A stretch of 64,000 nucleotides of DNA from Felis catus (taxonomy: Eukaryota). Below the pieces are notes generated by a model. That model ran no database searches and had not been told where the DNA came from. It worked only from the letters and a program-made list of their open reading frames with translations. How positions within the stretch are numbered: the stretch's first letter is position 1; each line of letters starts with the position of its first letter. A program made the translations under genes and the position numbers. The stretch is from the NCBI RefSeq assembly GCF_018350175.1, contig NC_058368.1, forward strand, positions 58,282,001-58,346,000, written 5' to 3'. Shown piece by piece: positions 12,585-24,878 of this stretch.

Positions 12585-12930
12585 AATCATTCATTCACTC
12601 ATTTATTCAAGTGACAAATATTTACTGAGCCCCTAGTATAAGCTAGACACTTGGGGAATATATTAGTAACTAGTCACTTGGGGAATATATTAGTAAACAA
12701 AATGATTGAAGATTGCTGCCTTGTAGTTTATATTTTAAAATGAGAGACCTACAACAAATAATGAACATAAAACATAAGTGAATCTTTAGTGAAGTAGAAT
12801 TTCAAGACTGTATGAGGGGTGGAAAAAGGAAAGAGAATGAGGGGTACAGAGAGCATTATGGAGATAGCAGTACAGAAAATGTAGGTTTTGGGGGTCTTAT
12901 AGCACCTTATATAACCTAGGAATAAAAATA
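12585..12930 (-). mobile_element. L2 3' end relic
   Basis: CATTCATTCACTCATTTATTCAA..AAATATTTACTGAGC is the reverse L2 terminus; purine-rich L2-like sequence follows. Confidence 0.7.
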
Positions 12931-13528
12931 AATGAGTCCCAGTGACTTCCACTCTGATAATAGTGGCAAGGATTTGTGTGTTGAGAAGAAGGGGTTATTT
13001 TCTGGGACTCTCTCTTCTCATTTGGTGATGGAGGCAGAAGATCTATGAAGTCTTCATCTCAGTGCATAAGCCTCTCCCAGCCCTGTTATTGCTGAAGATG
13101 TAGAGCTGGGGTGTTTCAGACTCAGAATAATGTTTAGACTCATTTTTGTCTCCATTTTGGGGAAAAAATGACCTTAAACTAAGTATGTGTGCTCTATTTT
13201 GGCCACTATTAGGCAATTGGAAGAATTCTATTGAAGCAATGTTATACCAAAAGTAAAGGTTGCACCTTCACCTGACATCTACTTATTCTTTCTATGAAAG
13301 AAGTGAAAAGTGCCTAGCACTGCTGAGTCATGTGAGCCACTGATATAGTGTCCAGAATATGTTTCCTTATCTACCATGATGTTTGGGGGTAGAAGGAATA
13401 CCTTCACTAAACTATAATCTTGATAACCTAGACTTGACCTCATCATTTTTCTGTATTATAGAACCCAGCTGACTATGGCTCATTTTGTTTCTTGGAAAAT
13501 ATTCTTAGGCTCCAAAGTCATGAAGAAT

Positions 13529-13985
13529 TGTATTAGTTTCCTAGGGGTGCTATAACGAGTTACCACGAAGGTTGCTGTTTAAATAAGAGAAATTCATTTT
13601 TTCACAGATCTGAAGGCCACATGTCTGAAAGCCAGCGTGACCATGCTTTCCTGGGGGGGGGGGGTGCTCTAGGGAAGAATTAGTTTCTTGCCTCTTCTAA
13701 CTTCTGCTGGCTGCCGGGGCATTCTCGGGTCTCTAGCCTCATCAGCCAATCTCTGCCTCCATCGTCACACTGTCTTCTCCTCTGTGTGCGTCTCTGTGAA
13801 ATCTCCCTTTGCCCCTCTCTTAATAAACACATTTGTCATGGCATTTAGGGGCTCACCTGTGTAATCCAGGATAAGCTCTTTAAGATCCTTAACCTAATCA
13901 CACCCTTTAGCACATAAGATAACATTCACAGGTTCTGGGAATTTGACATGGATATCTTTAAGGAACTATTTGTCTACCTAACACA
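13529..13985 (-). mobile_element. MaLR solo LTR (MLT1C/D-like), complete
   Basis: TG...CA termini (TGTATTAGTTTCCTAGGG ... CCTAACACA) with 5-bp TSD AGAAT at 13524-13528 and 13986-13990. Confidence 0.92.
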
Positions 13986-14404
13986 AGAATAATAAATTAA
14001 GACAACACTTAATTTAAGTGTTAATTTAAGACAACATCTATGTGTGTGTGTCTGTATTTCAGACCATGATCCATTAAGATAGTATAAATAACCAATTCTT
14101 TTTTTTAACCCATTCATTTATTCATGAATTACTAATCATTTTCTGATTTTTTTCCAGATGGTATATCTTGAGAAAGACATTTTGAATATTTATTTGTATT
14201 CACTTTGCATCATTCTGTCATTATTTTAGCAATCGCATGAGGGTTGTTTAGTCCATCATTAACCCGCAAATAAAATTGTGGTAACAACAACATATAATCA
14301 AGGAATGAAAAGAATGTCTCTGTTTTCAATATGTAATTCTGTCCAATATGTGGTTTTAGTTCACATACTACTTCACTGAATCTAATGAAACAATCCAGTT
14401 TTTT

Positions 14405-14641
14405 TCTATATTATTTTTTTACTTTAATTCCAATATAGTGAACATACAGCATTTTATTAATTTTTGGCATACAATATAAGATTCAACAATTCTGTACATT
14501 ACTCAGTGCTTATCATGTTTAAGTGTACTCTTAATCCTCTTTAACTATTTCACCACCCACCCCCACCAACCTCCCCTCTGGTAACCATTAGTTTGTTCTC
14601 TACAGTTAAAACTCTTTTCTTGGCTTGCTTCTCTCTCTCTG

Positions 14642-14693
<52 letters not shown>

Positions 14694-17020
14694 CTTTTCC
14701 CCTTTTGCTCACTTGTTTTTTTCTTAAATTTCACATATGAGTGAAATCATATGGTATTTGTCTTTTGGACTTATTTAGCTCAGCATTTTATATTCTCTAG
14801 CTCCATCCATATTGTTGCAAATGGCAAGATTTCATTCCTTTTTATTGCTGAGTAATATCCATATATATGTATATATATATATACCACATCTTCTTTATTC
14901 ATTCATCTGTCAATAGACACTTGAACAGCTTTTATAATTTGGCTATTGAAAATAATGCTGCAATAAATAAAGGATTGCATATGCCTTTCCAAATTATTTT
15001 TTTTTCATATTTCATAAATACCTAGCAGTGGAATTACTGGATTATGTGGTAATTCCATTTTAAAATTTCTGAAAACCTTCCATACTGTTTTCTACTATGG
15101 CTGCAAGAGTTTGTATTCTCACCAATAGATCAAGAAGTCTCCTTTTTTTTTCCACATCTTCAATACTTGTGTTGTTTCTTGTGTTTTGGATTTTAACCTT
15201 TCTGACAAGTGTGAGGTGATATCTTATTGTGGTTTTGATATGCATTTTGATTTCCATGAGTGATTTTGAGCATCTTTTCATGTATCTTTTGGCCGTATGT
15301 GTTTTCTTTGGAGAAATATCTGTTCATGTCTTCAGTTCATTTTTGATTGGATTATTTGGGGTTTTTTTGTGTTGAGTTTTTTAAGTTCTTTATATATTTT
15401 GGAGACTAACCCTTTGTTGGTATGTCATTTGCAAATATCTTCTTCCATTTAGTAGGTTGTCTTTTAGTTTTGTTGATTTTTTTCATTTGCTCTGCAGAAG
15501 CTTTTAATTTGAAATAGTCTCAATAGTTTAATTTTGCTTTGGTTTCTCTTGCCTCAGGAGGCATATCTACAAATATGTTGCTATGGCTAAAGTCAGAAAA
15601 ATTATTGCCTATGCTCTTTTCTAGGATTTTTATGGTTTTGGGTCTCACATTTAGATCTTTAGTATATTTTAAGTTTGTTTTTGTGTATGGTGTGAGAAAG
15701 TGGTCTGGTTTCATTCTTTTGCAGGTAGCTGTCCAGTTTTCCCAGCACAGTTTTTTGAAGAGACTGTCTTTCTCCAATTACATATTCTTTTCTCCTTTGT
15801 TGCAGATTAATTGCCCATGTGTGTGTGGATTTATTTATGGGTTCTCTCCTGTTTATTTCCATTAATCTATGTGTTTATTTCTCTGCCAGTACCATACTGT
15901 TTTGGTTACTATAGCTTTGTAGTATATCTTGATATCTGGGGGGTGGTACCTCTAGTTTGTTTTCTTCTTTTTCAAGATTACTTTGGTTCTTTGGGGTCCT
16001 TTGTTGTTCCTTACAAATTTTTAAATTATTAATTCTAGCTCGGTGAAAAATACTGGTGGTATTTTGATAGGATTGCGTTAAATCTGTAGATTGCTTTGGG
16101 TAGTATGGACATTTTAATACTGTAAGTTCTTCCAGTCCATGAGCATGGAATATCTTGCCATGTCTTTTTTTCATCTTCAGTTTCTTTTATCAGTGTTTTA
16201 TAGTTTTCAAAGGCTAGGTCTTTCATCTCCTTGGTTAGCTTATTTCTAGGTATTTTATTATTTTTAGTAAAATTGTAAATGGGTTTGTTTTTCTTAATTT
16301 CTCTGTTATTTAAATATTAGTGTACAAAAATGTAACATATTTCTGTATATTGATTTTGTATATTGCAACCTTATTGAATGCATTTATCAGTTCTAGTGGT
16401 TTTTTAATGGAGTCTTAAGGGTTTTCTACATATAGTATTAGGTCATCTGCAAATAGTGAAAGTTTTACTTCTTCCTTACCAATTTGGATGATTTATATTT
16501 CTTTTTCTTTTCTGATTGCTATGACGAGGTCTTCCAGTAATATGTTGAATAAAAGTGGTGAGAGTGGACATCCTGGTCTTGTTCCTGATCTTAGAGGGAA
16601 AGCTCTTGGTTTTTTGCCATATGATGTTAGTTGTTGGTTTTACTATATAGCCTTTATTGCATTTAAGTATGTTCTCTTAAAACCTACTTTGTTGAGGGTT
16701 TTTTATCATGAATGGATTTTTTTCCTTTGCCAAATGCTTTCTCTGCATCTATTGAAAGGATCATATGGTTTTTACCCTTACTCTTGTTGATGTGATGTAT
16801 CACATTGATTCATATGTGAATATTGAACCACCCTTGCATCCCAGGAATGAATCCCATTTGATCATGGTGAATGATATTTTTAATGTATTGTTGAGTTTAA
16901 TATGATTATATTCTTATTTTGTTGATGTTTTTAGATATCAGCCTGTAGTTCTCTTTGTCTCTCTGTCTCTGTTTCTCTCTCTCTCTGTCTCTTTTTTTTC
17001 TTTGCAGTTTATTATCTGGT
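14405..17020 (-). mobile_element. Carnivore L1, 5'-truncated about 2.6 kb, disrupted ORF2 (end of RT to C-terminus) plus 3' UTR
   Basis: Frameshifted ORF2 pieces: [85 protein letters not shown]. Confidence 0.96.
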
Positions 17021-17234
17021 GTAAATAACAGATTCTTGATATTTGATGTCAGACTGTAAAACTAATAAATGTTGTAAGAGTTACTGTTATATTTATTATT
17101 ATATTATTTATTACTATAGAGTAAAATTAATCTTTTTTCACCTCTTTAAGTCTGAAAAAAATATTTGTGAGTTCTATAAAATTAAGCCTGATGTAATTAT
17201 GTACCAGCATAGTATTTTAGCAAAACTATGCTAA

Positions 17235-17446
17235 TATATTTTGAGATACCGTATGTGCCAGACATTGTTCTTACATGTTTTGTGTTACCTCACTAAATAC
17301 ACTCAAAAACTCTGTATGATATGTAAAGATGCTGGAGGGTGGGAAGGGTGGCAGTACATTTAGTTCAATTTTCCCAAATTTCTATAGGATTTGAAGTCAA
17401 ACACTTTGGCTCCTGATTCTGCTCTGTTGACTATTGCTCTAGGCTG
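17235..17446 (-). mobile_element. MIR relic
   Basis: ACCGTATGTGCCAGACATTGTTCT..., GGATTTGAAGTCAAAC. Confidence 0.6.
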
Positions 17447-18480
17447 TAATTATAAAGGTCAGTAAAATGAGATATGTTTATTTAAGAGAACTATTTTAAG
17501 TTATTATTTGGAAATAGGTGGGTGCAGCAACAGCATTATGTTGATTAGTCACTCAAGACTTACTGTTTCCTTAATCACAAAAAGTAAATAAATATTTTAG
17601 TTTTTCTGCTTCTTAAAATATTACTGTTGGGTCCATTTCAAAATTAAATTATAATGTTATTATAATTTTATGCTTACTATTTATTATATTTTTACATTAG
17701 TACTTTGCAGGACCTGTCAACATCACATAAATACTTTAAAAATTTATAATGCAATGTGTTAATTTTAAAAACTGATTTGAGTTTTAATATTGCAGAACGT
17801 TAATATTTTTGTAATTTACAACATGTATTCACATGCAAATTTGTGATTGTGAAAGAATCATATGATGTTGGTAATTCTTTGAGGAAGGGAAGAAAATTAA
17901 TCTTTTTTGGGCTTCCATTATATGCCAGGCACTTCACACTTTATTATTTATCTCTTTGATCTTCACTACAGCACTCACCCAAGTTGCAGAGGAAAAGAAG
18001 GAAATTATTTTTTTAATATTATATATTTTCATATAATTAAAAGTTACAGCGATTGATAAGATGTGTTTAAGATACAATAAAATGGATTAATTAATTTATA
18101 TATAGTAGACATATACACACACATTTTCAGAATGAGAGTAAATAGCAATTAAGTGATTTACGTAAGTTACCTGCATATAAATAGTAAAACTAATAAATGA
18201 TCTAGTTGGGCTTTCATTTAAACTTCAGTATGTAATAAAAATCTCTTTTAATTAAGTTCATGAATACGAACCACCCTTAGGATTGTAAGTCCTATATTGG
18301 TAGAAATTCTTTTTCTTAAATTCTGTTTTCTACTAGATGTTTCTTTTTTGTTTCCCTGGAATTTATATTTAATAGCTGCTTAAGTTCCATGTATTTAAAT
18401 TTAAATTAATGCAGAGAAGATTTAAATGAGCCTTATCTAAGAAATGGTATTGGTATGATTTATACAGCAAGCTTTGCAAT

Positions 18481-18569
18481 TGCATTAACCAGGGTTCTCT
18501 GGAGAAACAGAAGAGAATCAGTAGAATAAATATGTAAGTATATGTGTATTTATATGTATATATGCATAC

Positions 18570-18615
<46 letters not shown>

Positions 18616-18965
18616 AGAGAAGCAGGGAAGGAAGGAGAGGGAAAAGAGAGAGAAAGAGAAAGAGGGAATCTTGTGACAGCTGGCAGATCCAGAATATGTG
18701 GCACAGTCTGGCAGGCTGGACACTTTAGGTCAGGAGCTGATGTTGCACAATTTCTTCTTCTTCAAGAAAAGCTTAATTTTGTTCTTAAGGCCATCTAACT
18801 GATTGGATACATAAGCGCACATTATCTAAGCAATCTTCTATATACTTGAAGTCAACTGATTACAGATGTTAACTGCACCTAAAAATACCTCACAGCAACA
18901 CTTAGGTTAGTGTTTGATTGAATAAATATATCCTCACCAAGTTGACACATACAAGTAACCACCAC
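18481..18965 (-). mobile_element. ERVL solo LTR (MLT2-like) with internal (TG)n at 18573-18614
   Basis: TGCATTAACCAGGGTTCTCTGGAGAAACAGAA start, AACTGATTGGAT, AAGTTGACACAT..AACCACCAC end. Confidence 0.88.
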
Positions 18966-20151
18966 CTCCTTTTCTCTTTATATGTAGGAAATAAATTTAG
19001 TCACTAAAAATTCAAAATTATGTGCTTTCTTCTAGCATGGTATCTCCCATCACACTTTTCCTACACGCTGAAAGAAAATGGTGTAATATTTGTATCAGTT
19101 AGTATCAGTCTTCCTTCTGTATTTCATGCTATACTTTTCTAACTTTTTAATGTTGTTTCTTCTCTTCCCTCTTTTAAGAGCAATGTCTTGCAAATCAAAG
19201 CATGCTTGATGCTGTTAAAAGAACTAAGCGGCAGTAATACCTTCGTAATTCTATGGAAACAAATGACAAGGATTTGACAATTTTCAAAGCAGGGTATTAT
19301 ACCTTGTTCTTGCAACTTTATCTTTCTCTCCTTAGATTAAACATAATTGGGATTTTGTTGCTTTAAAACATGCTTTTCTTGTCTTATAAGATCCAGGACT
19401 TGCCTGCTGTCTTTGTTCAACAAGCTTCAAACATGCAAAGATATGAGATGTGATCAGGTACCATAGTGACTAATTTTAACAATGAACAGTAAGAGGGTTA
19501 AATATAGGCATCAGCATGCCATTATATATAATCAGTAACAGTGGGTACAGTAAAAGCATGGAAAATAGCTGGAGGATAGGTTTATTATAAAGCGTCGTGA
19601 CTCGAACAAAGTGGAGGAAAGAATGTAATGTTTTGACTAATGGAGTCTCTTTTTAAAATGCATTTGGAGAGAAAAAAGCTAAATTAGTTTCAATCGTGTC
19701 TGCATCTTTAGCTATGCATGCACATTGCTTTCAATCAAAAAAAAATAGAAGAGACAACTTTCTAAATGTTATGAATGAAATTGTTTATTTGTGAGACAAA
19801 TAAATAAGCTATTAATGCTTGAACATTATGTCTTTGAAGTAGCCATGTTTGAATAATACTCACAACCAAGTAACAATCATTCCCAGATTATGTTCATCTA
19901 AATTACTTCGAGTTGTCTTTTCATTTGCCTCATAAGGATTGGATTATCATTAAATCCTTCTTGCAAAAATAATTGATGGGCATTGCTGGAATATTTAAGC
20001 ATTGCTACTAAGATTTACTAATGGTATTTTTTTCTGTCAAATAAAGAAATCAGAAAACTTAGATAACCTCCAAAGTTGGGGTCATATGACTGAAAAAACC
20101 CCTTATTTCTTTCATCACCAGGCCCACAGACAGTTCTGATGTATGTTCAGT

Positions 20152-20355
20152 TCAGTCGGTTAAGCGGCCGACTTCGGCTCAGGTCATGATCTCGCGGTCC
20201 GTGAGTTTGAGCCCCGCATCGGGCTCTGTGCTGACAGCTCAGAGCCTGGAGCCTGTTTCAGATTCTGTGTCTCCCTCTCTCTGGCCCTCCCCCATTCATG
20301 CTCTGTCTCTCTCTGTCTCAAAAATAAATAAACGTTAAAAAAATTAAAAAAAAAA
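20152..20355 (+). mobile_element. Young felid SINE lacking its first ~16 nt
   Basis: Begins TCAGTCGGTTAAGCGGCCGACTTCGGCTCAGG; CpG-rich; no canonical TSD. Confidence 0.95.
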
Positions 20356-20474
20356 GTCAATGAAGATTCATGTCCAGTTCACCTCCCAGGTCTATGGAAT
20401 AGTGTTTTTTCCCTTTGAATGACATTTTATAGCTAAAATTATGCTTCGGGTAATTTACACTTTCTGACTTAGTA

Positions 20475-20606
20475 GGCTTGCTTCAAAATCTTTTAGCCAT
20501 GTGGTCTTGGGAAGATTATTTAAACACCTTCTGCCTCAATGTTATCATCTATAAAATGGGGAAACTTAAAAACATTATCAACATAGATTTTTTTCTGAGG
20601 ATTATG
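20475..20606 (+). mobile_element. MIR core
   Basis: TGTGGTCTTGGGAAGATTATTTAAAC..CTGCCTCAATGTTATCATCTATAAAATGGGGA. Confidence 0.8.
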
Positions 20607-20859
20607 TTCCTGCCTTGACATTGTTCCATTTTAAGTGCCATTAGGATATGAGATATGTGTGTTCTTTTAAGCAATCCTAAGTTCCTAGGAAAGTTGGTAA
20701 ACCTTAAATCATTTGGTAGGTCCAGTGGAATAAATGGCCTATTTAAAGTTAGCTCTGTACAATTTGTGGCTTTGGCCATTTGTAATTAGAGTCCTATCAG
20801 ATGCTTTTTCTTGTAGTGATGATGTCTCTCCTTCTTCACCATATAGTTGAGATAATATC

Positions 20860-21080
20860 AGATATTTTCTGACACTTATTATGTGGTAAGCACTATTCTA
20901 AGAATTTACTTGAATCTCATAATAACCATATGAGATATATGTCATTTTATCCCTGTTATATGATAAACAAATGGATACCAATATGCAACTTGCTTGAAGT
21001 CATAAAGCTGTGAAATGAAAGTAACAAAATTTATACAAACCAATCAGGCTTCACAACCTCGTGTCTTCACATCTATGCTA
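20860..21080 (-). mobile_element. MIR relic
   Basis: CACTTATTATGTGGTAAGCACTATTCTAAG..AATCTCATAATAACCATATGAG..AACTTGCTTGAAGTCATAAAGCT. Confidence 0.75.
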
Positions 21081-21422
21081 GGAAGATGCTGTGGCAGAGT
21101 CCTTTGGTTGTGAACCTCAGTACACATTTCCCTTCTTCAATAATTAAAACTTTGATTTTTTTAAAAAAAATTGGGCTAATGATAACCTGAAATAAGAAAA
21201 CATTCCTGCTACCACCTCTCACATTCTACGGCAGTGTGACTAGTTCTGCCCAGTTAGACAAAAGCAAATGTGTCATGTGGTACTTCACAAATTTCTTTAG
21301 AGAGAATTATTGAAATCTTATCTTCCCCAGATTCTCTATCTGGAACATGAATGCAATGGTTGGAGCTTTAATACTTTTCCTGGCCCATGAAGTGAAAATC
21401 ATTTCTTAAGAATATCAAAACA

Positions 21423-21612
21423 GGGGTGCCTGGGTGGCTCAGTCAGTTAAGCATCCGACTTCAGCTCAGGTCATGATCACACAGTTCACAAGTTTGAGCC
21501 CTGCGTCAGGCTCTGTGCTGATAGCTCAGAGCCTAGAGCCTGCTTCAGAACCTGTATCTCCCTCTCTCTCTGCCTCTCCACCCCCCCAAAATAAATAAAC
21601 ATTAAAAAAAAG
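21423..21612 (+). mobile_element. Felid SINE
   Basis: Canonical head, shortened CT region; flanked by AATATCAAAA(C/T)A. Confidence 0.95.
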
Positions 21613-21628
21613 AACAATATCAAAATAG

Positions 21629-21755
21629 ACGTGCACCTGGGTGGCTCAGTCAGTTAAACGTCCCACTCCTGGTTTTAGCCCGGGTCATGATCTCACGGTT
21701 TGTGAGTTCGAGCCCTGCATTGGCCGCTGCACTGACAATGCAGAGCCTGCTTGGG

Positions 21756-21808
<53 letters not shown>

Positions 21809-21865
21809 GCCCCTCTTCCCTGTTCTCTCTCTCTCTCTCAAAATAAATAAATAAACTTAAAAAAT
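21629..21865 (+). mobile_element. Felid SINE (GCCTGCTTGGGATTCT type)
   Basis: Canonical body with long (CT)n; TSD ATATCAAAATAGA. Confidence 0.95.
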
Positions 21866-23039
21866 ATATCAAAATAGAAAAGATGAAAGGAATCAATTAT
21901 ATGGAATCTAGTGTCATTCTTGGATGGTCTATGTGAAGATTTTCTTATTATGAAATGATTAAAATATAATAAATTAATTTACTCACAATCCTATAGTTTC
22001 CTACCTTAAGTACTTCAACATAATTTCATCTCAAGAATGAAGGGCTTTTAGTAATTTCTGTTTTTGAGTTAACTCTGGGGAAATTCTCTTATTTAAATAC
22101 ATATTAAAGCTAGAAAACATCCCCTTCCTTTGTAGTCTGGCAGTCTTTCCTGCAACCAACTAATAAGGCACTTTTTCATAAAGATTACATCAATTTTTAC
22201 TACAGTTAATCTTGATCCTAGAGGTTAAGATAAAAAGAAATAAAGGACTTCATCCAGCTTCTTTATTATAGTTCTAAGTTTAAAAAATGATGCTGTCACA
22301 AATGGGAACAAGGGAAATAGCATGATATTGACAAAAAAAGTGTTGAATTCCCATGAAATAAGAACTCAGGATTGAGATGTTAATAACATATAAGTAGAGA
22401 TATCTTATTCACTATTAAGGTATAAAGTTTCTACATAGTACAAGTTTTATCTTTTAATGAGACAAAAATATCCTAACACCAACTATTTTGGACAATAGAT
22501 AATACAAAACTATTATCATTGTTGTCATGAGTAATAGGCATTCAATTATGAGTCCTGGTCCTCCAGGAGAAAAACAAAACAAAACAAAAAACACAAGAAA
22601 ATAAATTGAAAGAGACTGAAAAATGAAAGAATAGTTGGGACTTATGAAATAAGTTAATACAAGAAAAATGCTGAGAATATATACAGTTGTTTTAGAGCAA
22701 GTGTCAGTAAACCCCTTGAAAAGAGAACTACTGAGGACCAGACTATGTTGTTAGCATTAAAAAATTAAAATAACTTTTGAAAGTTTTTAAATCGCCAAAT
22801 TTGGAAGATCTATGTGTTCAAACGGGTGAAATGTCAATAAAATAAAAGGTATAAAAATATTTTTTAAAACAGTGATTATTATAAGTAAATGAAAAATGAT
22901 GCATGTGCAATTTTTCTAAAATTGTAGGAAAATTTTTTAAATATGAGTTGTTTAATTTCTTTTTAATTTCACAATGAATATAATGTGGTGATAGTGTTTT
23001 ACAAAGAAGAGTTTTGACGTTTATAGAATTATGAATTTC

Positions 23040-23697
23040 TTTTTGTTATTGAGATAGTAAACATTATATGTTTTAGGTGAACAAAATAATAATAATGTGA
23101 TATATGTATGTTGAAAAATAATTACCACAATAAGCTTAGTTAGCATCCATCACCATGCATAGTTACAATTTTTTGTGTGTGATGGTATTTTTTAAGATCT
23201 ACTCCCTTGGCTACTTTCAAATATACAATACAATATTGTAACTATAATCGTCATGCTGTAATTTATTTACATCACCAGGACTCATTTGTCTTATACCTGG
23301 AACTTTATACTTTTAACCACCTTCACCCATTTTTCCCACCTCCCATCTGCCACTCTTAGCAAACATCAATCTGTTTTCTATATCATTGAGTTCAATATTT
23401 TTTTAGATTCCACAAGATCATACACTATTTGTCTTTCTATGTCTGATTCCATTCACTTACAACAATGCTCTGAAGGTCTATCCATGTTGTTGTAAATGTC
23501 AGGATTTTTTTTTTCTTTTTTATGGCTGAATATATTTCCTGTATATATAAATAAATCACATTTTATTTATCCATTCATCTATGGATGGACACTTAGGTTG
23601 TTTCTATATAGTTTCTTGGCTATAGTAAATAATGCTATAATAAACATGTTGCAGATAGCTTTCCAAGATAAGTGATTTCATTACCTTCAGATAAATA
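23040..23697 (-). mobile_element. Old L1 (L1MA9-like) 3' end
   Basis: TTAAGATCTACTCCCTTGGCTACTTTCAAATATACAATACAATATTG, TATCCATTCATCTATGGATGGACACTTAGGTTGTTTC. Confidence 0.88.
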
Positions 23698-24403
23698 TTG
23701 TCATATTCTTTTAAGAAAACAAAAGTTATAACATTTCTGATATATAAACAAAAATTAGATGTAAATATGGACAGGTCTGAACTTAAAAAAAAGACGGATT
23801 TATAGGAAGATATTCAAAAATTTTGAGAACTAGAGACATGACTATTGTCTAAATCATGTCTTTGCTGTCTAGGGCACGAATATGATAAAAAATGACTTTA
23901 CATCTATACACAAACTGACAGTGAAATGACGATGGTGAATTACCAAACAATTGATTTATAGACCTTTTACGTATGTATTCAACCAACCAAGTATTCTAGG
24001 TTTAATTTTTTTCCATATATGGGATGTTCGTTACTGTTCCAATGCAAAGTAAGTAACTGATAATCAAGCTAAGATTGAACCCTTAGAACTACTTTAAAAC
24101 AGATTGAAAAAAATGATTATTTCATTAGCAAGAGTGACAGACTCGCTCATGTATAATTTCCATTGTAGCTTTAAGAACAAACATTAAATATATTCAGTCA
24201 CTCTTACTCTGCAAGTCCATACTTTCAATTACTCAGATATTTCTACAAGTCATAAATAACATATTCTCATATTCAGATTCAATTAATATTGTGGATTTAG
24301 AATATAAAGTATATCTATCTTGATATCAGAATTTAATATCAGGTGAAATTTTTCAAATTACCAAACATGATTACTATATTCTTTAAGAAATGTTACTTGT
24401 TCT

Positions 24404-24620
24404 GGGGCCCCTGGGTGGCTCAGTCGGTTGAACGCCGACTTCGGCTCAGGTCACGATCTCGCGGTCTGTGAGTTCGAGCCCCGCGTCGGGCTCTATGCTG
24501 ACAGCTTGGAGCCTGGAGTCTGTTTCCAATTCTGTGTCTCCCTGTCTCTGACCCTCCCCCGTTCATGCTCTGTCTCTCTCTGTCTCAAAAATAAATAAAC
24601 GTTAAAAAAATTTTTTTAAA
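24404..24620 (+). mobile_element. Young felid SINE
   Basis: CpG-rich canonical body; TSD AAATGTTACTT. Confidence 0.97.
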
Positions 24621-24654
24621 AAAATGTTACTTCTTAACACATGGAATAATCAAA

Positions 24655-24878
24655 ATTTTTTTTTTAATTTTTTTTTCAACGTTTATTTATTTTTGGGACA
24701 GAGAGAGACAGAGCATGAACGGGGGAGGGGCAGAGCGAGAGGGAGACACAGAATCGGAAACAGGCTCCAGGCTCTGAGCCATCAGCCCAGAGCCTGACGC
24801 GGGGCTCGAACTCATGGACCCAAGATCGTGACCTTGCTGAAGTCGGACGCTTAACCGACTGTGCCACCCAGGCGCCCC
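24655..24878 (-). mobile_element. Young felid SINE (GTCCCAAAAA/AACGTTGAAAA variant)
   Basis: Reverse SINE; TSD TGGAATAATCAAA at 24642-24654 and 24879-24891. Confidence 0.97.

Larger units (their letters stand above)
21088..21990 (+). mobile_element. Ancient MaLR LTR (MLT1J-like), split by two SINEs
   Basis: TGTGGCAGA start, GTGTGACTAGTTCTGCCCA, CTGGAACATGAATGCAATGGTTGGAGCT; continues after 21866. Confidence 0.6.

Noticed and set aside
14405..17020. Possible functional reverse transcriptase gene
   Set aside because: 5'-truncated L1 ORF2 broken by many frameshifts and stops
17646..17668. AAATTATAAT-GTT-ATTATAATTT inverted repeat
   Set aside because: Pure A/T arms in very AT-rich DNA; likely by chance
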